Positions 61,801-64,000 of a stretch of 64,000 bases of DNA are shown piece after piece (the stretch's first letter is position 1; each line of letters begins with the position of its first letter). The notes below the pieces were generated by a model. It was given only the letters and a program-made list of their open reading frames with translations. It searched no databases and was not told the DNA's origin. Position numbers and translations under genes: made by a program. Location of the stretch: the NCBI GenBank assembly GCA_963822445.1, contig CAWGHO010000002.1, forward strand, positions 2,016,001-2,080,000, in the 5' to 3' direction. The stretch is from an uncultured Acidobacteriota bacterium (GTDB lineage: Bacteria > Acidobacteriota > Thermoanaerobaculia > Gp7-AA8).

Positions 61801-61903
61801 GCGGACGACGTATCTCGCGACGATCCGCAATCCGCATCCGGACCTCGATACGGCAAAGAAGGCCGATACCGGACACGAGGAGGGACCGATCGGTGGCCAC
61901 TAA
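58862..61903 (+). CDS. actB: Alternative complex III molybdopterin-oxidoreductase-like/Fe-S subunit
   Basis: FWRSLEEL, Tat motif RRNFMK, KIEGNPEHP, CTGCNGCVVAC, CMQCENAPCEPVCP, CVGTRYCSNNCPY. Confidence 0.93.
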   Translation: MSDPKNLDFTEFRQRVGDLRGREFWRSLEELSRSDAFDEFFEQEFPQQALPLQKGVDRRNFMKLMGASVAMAGLAACRQPNETIIPYVNQPENLIPGKPLFFASAMTLGGVATGVLVESHMHRPTKIEGNPEHPSSLGASDSFMQASVLGLYDPDRSQVVRKLGDTATWSEFLGALQPVLNAAKTNGAGLRILTQTITSPTLGAQIQALLAQYPGMKWHQWEAVSRDNVRAGARMAFGSDASVHYDFTKANVVVSLGSDFLGEGPGHLRYARDFMSRRKVRHGKTQSINRLYAIEASVTQTGTVADHRLGVKPSQIEELARQLLAGNSGNAVLQAAIKDLQANRGASIVIAGDEQPAAVHAIAHALNSQLGNIGTTVMVTDSIEVAPVNQLDSLRQLVRDINAGAVNGLIILGGNPVFDAPSDMHFGKLLDTVPFRAHLSLYYDETSMRCQWHIPDVHYLETWGDARAHDGTISIIQPLIAPLYNGRSAHEVLGALIGGLDQTPYQTVRNYWFSKGATEDTWRKWLHDGFISGSALPVRAASAAFNPATPQPSNPATGIELELRHDPTIYDGRFANNAWLQELPKPHTKITWDNALIIGPRLSEKIGFTAEERDPLVNEKQTRFAEVTYRGVTMRLPVWVLPGQPDDVATIYFGYGRTHSGGIGNGKGFNTYPFRYADALHGGGGAKIVMSDAAPRIYGIACTQEHQSIDPKLVGERGLIRAATFEGYKQNPNFAKDPHHGSDVTGHGDESMYEPYDYSKEHAWAMVIDTSVCTGCNGCVVACQAENNIAVVGKEEVIRERELHWLRIDRYFRGNPDNPEVYHEPVPCMQCENAPCEPVCPVEATSHSAEGLNDMTYNRCVGTRYCSNNCPYKVRRFNFFGYSDYDTPALKPMRNPDVTVRTRGVMEKCTYCVQRIRAGQIEAKKQGRRVKDGEVVTACQQACPTEAIVFGDMNDPNSAVAQLKAQPTHYALLEELQTRPRTTYLATIRNPHPDLDTAKKADTGHEEGPIGGH

Positions 61904-63326
61904 AGATCCCACCCCGGTCCACGAGATCCGCCCTGTAACGCAGGAAGTGCGGATTCCCGAGCGCTTCATCCCCACGCCGACCATCGAGCCGGGTCACTCG
62001 TTCTCCACGATCACCGATCACATCTCCACGATCGTCCTCAAGAAGCGCACGCCGATCGGCTGGTTCATCGGCTTCCTGATCGCCCTCGGCGGCGTCGGCC
62101 TCCTGACCGTGTCGATGGCCGTGCTCATCGGCAAAGGCATCGGCATCTGGGGCATCAACCATCCCGTCGGATGGGGCATGGACATCATCAACTTCGTCTG
62201 GTGGATCGGCATCGGCCACGCCGGCACGTTGATCTCCGCGATCCTACTGCTGCTGCGGCAGGAGTGGCGCACGTCCATCAACCGCTTCGCCGAGGCCATG
62301 ACCCTTTTCGCGGTCGCGTCGGCGGGCTTGTATCCCGCGCTGCACACCGGGCGTCCCTGGTACGACTACTGGCTGTTCCCTTATCCGAACACGATGGGTC
62401 TCTGGCCGCAGTTCAGAAGCCCGCTGATGTGGGACGTGTTCGCCGTCTCGACTTACGCGACCGTCTCCGCGCTGTTCTGGTATGTCGGCCTGATTCCCGA
62501 TCTCGCCACGCTGCGCGATCGCGCCACGAACATCTGGGTCAAGCGCGCATACGGCGCCTTCGCCCTAGGATGGCGCGGCTCCGCGAAGCACTGGCATCGC
62601 TATGAGCACGCGTACCTGCTGCTCGCAGGTCTTTCGACGCCGCTCGTGCTCTCCGTTCACACCATCGTTTCGTTCGACTTCGCAGTAGCGCAGTTGCCGG
62701 GATGGCACGCCACGTTCTTCCCGCCGTACTTCGTCGCCGGTGCTGTTTTTGCGGGGTTCGCAATGGTTCTCACGCTTGCGATTCCGGCGCGGAAATTCTT
62801 CAAGCTCGAAGACTTCATCACCATGCGTCATCTCGAGAACATGGGCAAGGTGATGCTCGCCACGGGAATGATCGTGGCCTATGCCTACGCAATGGAGTGG
62901 TTCTACGGCATTTACTCGGGCAATGTCTTCGAGACTTACATGCTCAAGAACCGGTCCACCGGTCCATACGCGAAGATGTACGTCGCGCTCTGGATCTGTA
63001 ATGGACTCGCGCCGCAGTTGATGTGGTTCAAGCGCTTCCGCACGTCACCGTTCTGGCTGTTCGTCGTGGCGATGTTCGTCAACGTCGGGATGTGGCTGGA
63101 GCGCTTCGTCATCATCCCGGCGTCACTGCATCGCGACTTCCTGCCGTCGTCGTGGGGCATGTACCACGGCACGGTGTGGGACTGGAGCTTCTACATCGGC
63201 TCGATCGGTCTGTTCTTCGCGCTGCTGTTCCTGTTCGTGAGGTTCCTGCCGATGATCTCCATCTTCGAGATGCGCACCCTGCTCCCCGAGGCGCAGGCGC
63301 ACGCTGATCATGAGGAGGCGCACTAG
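61893..63326 (+). CDS. actC: Alternative complex III NrfD-family quinol-binding subunit
   Basis: NFVWWIGIGHAGTLISA, RSPLMWDVFAV, GMWLERFVII. GTG start after GAGGAGG. Confidence 0.93.
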   Translation: MATKDPTPVHEIRPVTQEVRIPERFIPTPTIEPGHSFSTITDHISTIVLKKRTPIGWFIGFLIALGGVGLLTVSMAVLIGKGIGIWGINHPVGWGMDIINFVWWIGIGHAGTLISAILLLLRQEWRTSINRFAEAMTLFAVASAGLYPALHTGRPWYDYWLFPYPNTMGLWPQFRSPLMWDVFAVSTYATVSALFWYVGLIPDLATLRDRATNIWVKRAYGAFALGWRGSAKHWHRYEHAYLLLAGLSTPLVLSVHTIVSFDFAVAQLPGWHATFFPPYFVAGAVFAGFAMVLTLAIPARKFFKLEDFITMRHLENMGKVMLATGMIVAYAYAMEWFYGIYSGNVFETYMLKNRSTGPYAKMYVALWICNGLAPQLMWFKRFRTSPFWLFVVAMFVNVGMWLERFVIIPASLHRDFLPSSWGMYHGTVWDWSFYIGSIGLFFALLFLFVRFLPMISIFEMRTLLPEAQAHADHEEAH

Positions 63327-63329
63327 GCC

Positions 63330-63878
63330 ATGGCGATCGGGAAGATCAAACAGGGCCTCTACGGCGTGATCGCGGAGTTCAATGATCCGCAGACGCTGCT
63401 CGATGCCGCCAATGCCGTGCGCGAGAAGGGCTACACCGCGACGGATGCGTTCTCGCCGTTCCCGATTCATGGATTGGCCGAGGCGGTCGGATTTCACAAG
63501 TCGCGACTGTCGGCGATCGTTCTGACGATGGGCCTGGCCGGCGGCATCGGCGGCTTCTTCATGTGCTGGTACGCGAACGTGATCGCGTATCCGCTCAACA
63601 TCGGTGGCAAACCGTACAACTCCTGGCCGGCCTGGATTCCGATCGCCTTCGAATGCGCGATTCTGCTCGCCGCGTTCGGCGCGGTTTTCGGCATGCTGGC
63701 CCTCAATGGCCTGCCGATGCCGTATCACCCCGTATTCAACGTGCGCCGTTTCGACAGCGCCTCGCGCGACAAATTCTTCCTGGTCATCCAGACGCGCGAT
63801 CCGAAGTTCCGGCTGGATGAAGTTCGCCAGTTCCTGCAAAGCCTCGGGCCACGGGAGGTAACCGATGTTCCGTGGTGA
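63330..63878 (+). CDS. actD: Alternative complex III subunit (DUF3341)
   Basis: FSPFPIHG, YPLNIGGKP, PIAFE. Confidence 0.9.
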   Translation: MAIGKIKQGLYGVIAEFNDPQTLLDAANAVREKGYTATDAFSPFPIHGLAEAVGFHKSRLSAIVLTMGLAGGIGGFFMCWYANVIAYPLNIGGKPYNSWPAWIPIAFECAILLAAFGAVFGMLALNGLPMPYHPVFNVRRFDSASRDKFFLVIQTRDPKFRLDEVRQFLQSLGPREVTDVPW

Positions 63879-64000
63879 CGCGCTAGCGCGCGAATGCAGA
63901 ATGCAGAATGCAGAATGCAGAAGCACACTGCCGGCGCGCCGTTCTCCTTTTTGCATTTTGCATTTTGCATTTTGCATTTTGCTTCTCGTCGGCTTGGCCG
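63865..64000 (+). CDS. actE: Probable 5' end of ACIII lipoprotein cytochrome ActE (partial)
   Basis: GGAGG SD, ATG 63865, frame open to the window end: MFRGDALARECRMQNAECRSTLPARRSPFCILHFAFCILLLVGLA. Identity inferred from operon order only. Confidence 0.6.
   Translation, partial: MFRGDALARECRMQNAECRSTLPARRSPFCILHFAFCILLLVGLA
63892..63982. repeat. Inverted heptamer tandem array
   Basis: (GAATGCA)x4 at 63892-63919, a spacer, then (TTTTGCA)x4 plus TTTTGC at 63949-63982. Confidence 0.92.

Overview
High-GC bacterial chromosomal window, probably Acidobacteriota or a relative (inferred from gene order and content, not verified). Order of content: (1) 1-12.1 kb, a surface-glycan locus with a GDP-heptose-type pathway (tal, hddA, hddC-like, gmhB, gmhA), two GT2 enzymes, methyltransferases, a flavoenzyme and two polytopic GT-C-like proteins; (2) 13.7-34.1 kb, an uninterrupted str-S10-spc-alpha ribosomal superoperon; (3) 34-46 kb, mixed metabolic and regulatory genes, including a HEAT-cyclophilin-thioredoxin fusion lipoprotein; (4) a ccmABCDEFGHI operon; (5) a TPP riboswitch heading a TonB receptor-PnuC-NadR-like kinase operon; (6) a reduced ECF sigma/cupin pair; (7) alternative complex III actABCD and the start of actE. 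fusA, rplC, rpsS and gmhA each carry one extra base, most likely sequencing error. The main unexplained signal is a dense repeat landscape. There are inverted arrays of 7-8 nt tandem units that keep one architecture but use a different unit at each locus, and several families of REP-like palindromes. Many start at a stop codon, and about eight lie in frame inside proteins, including the ActE signal peptide. No transposase, rRNA, tRNA or CRISPR array was found. All coordinates and alignments were worked out by eye; no database searches were run.
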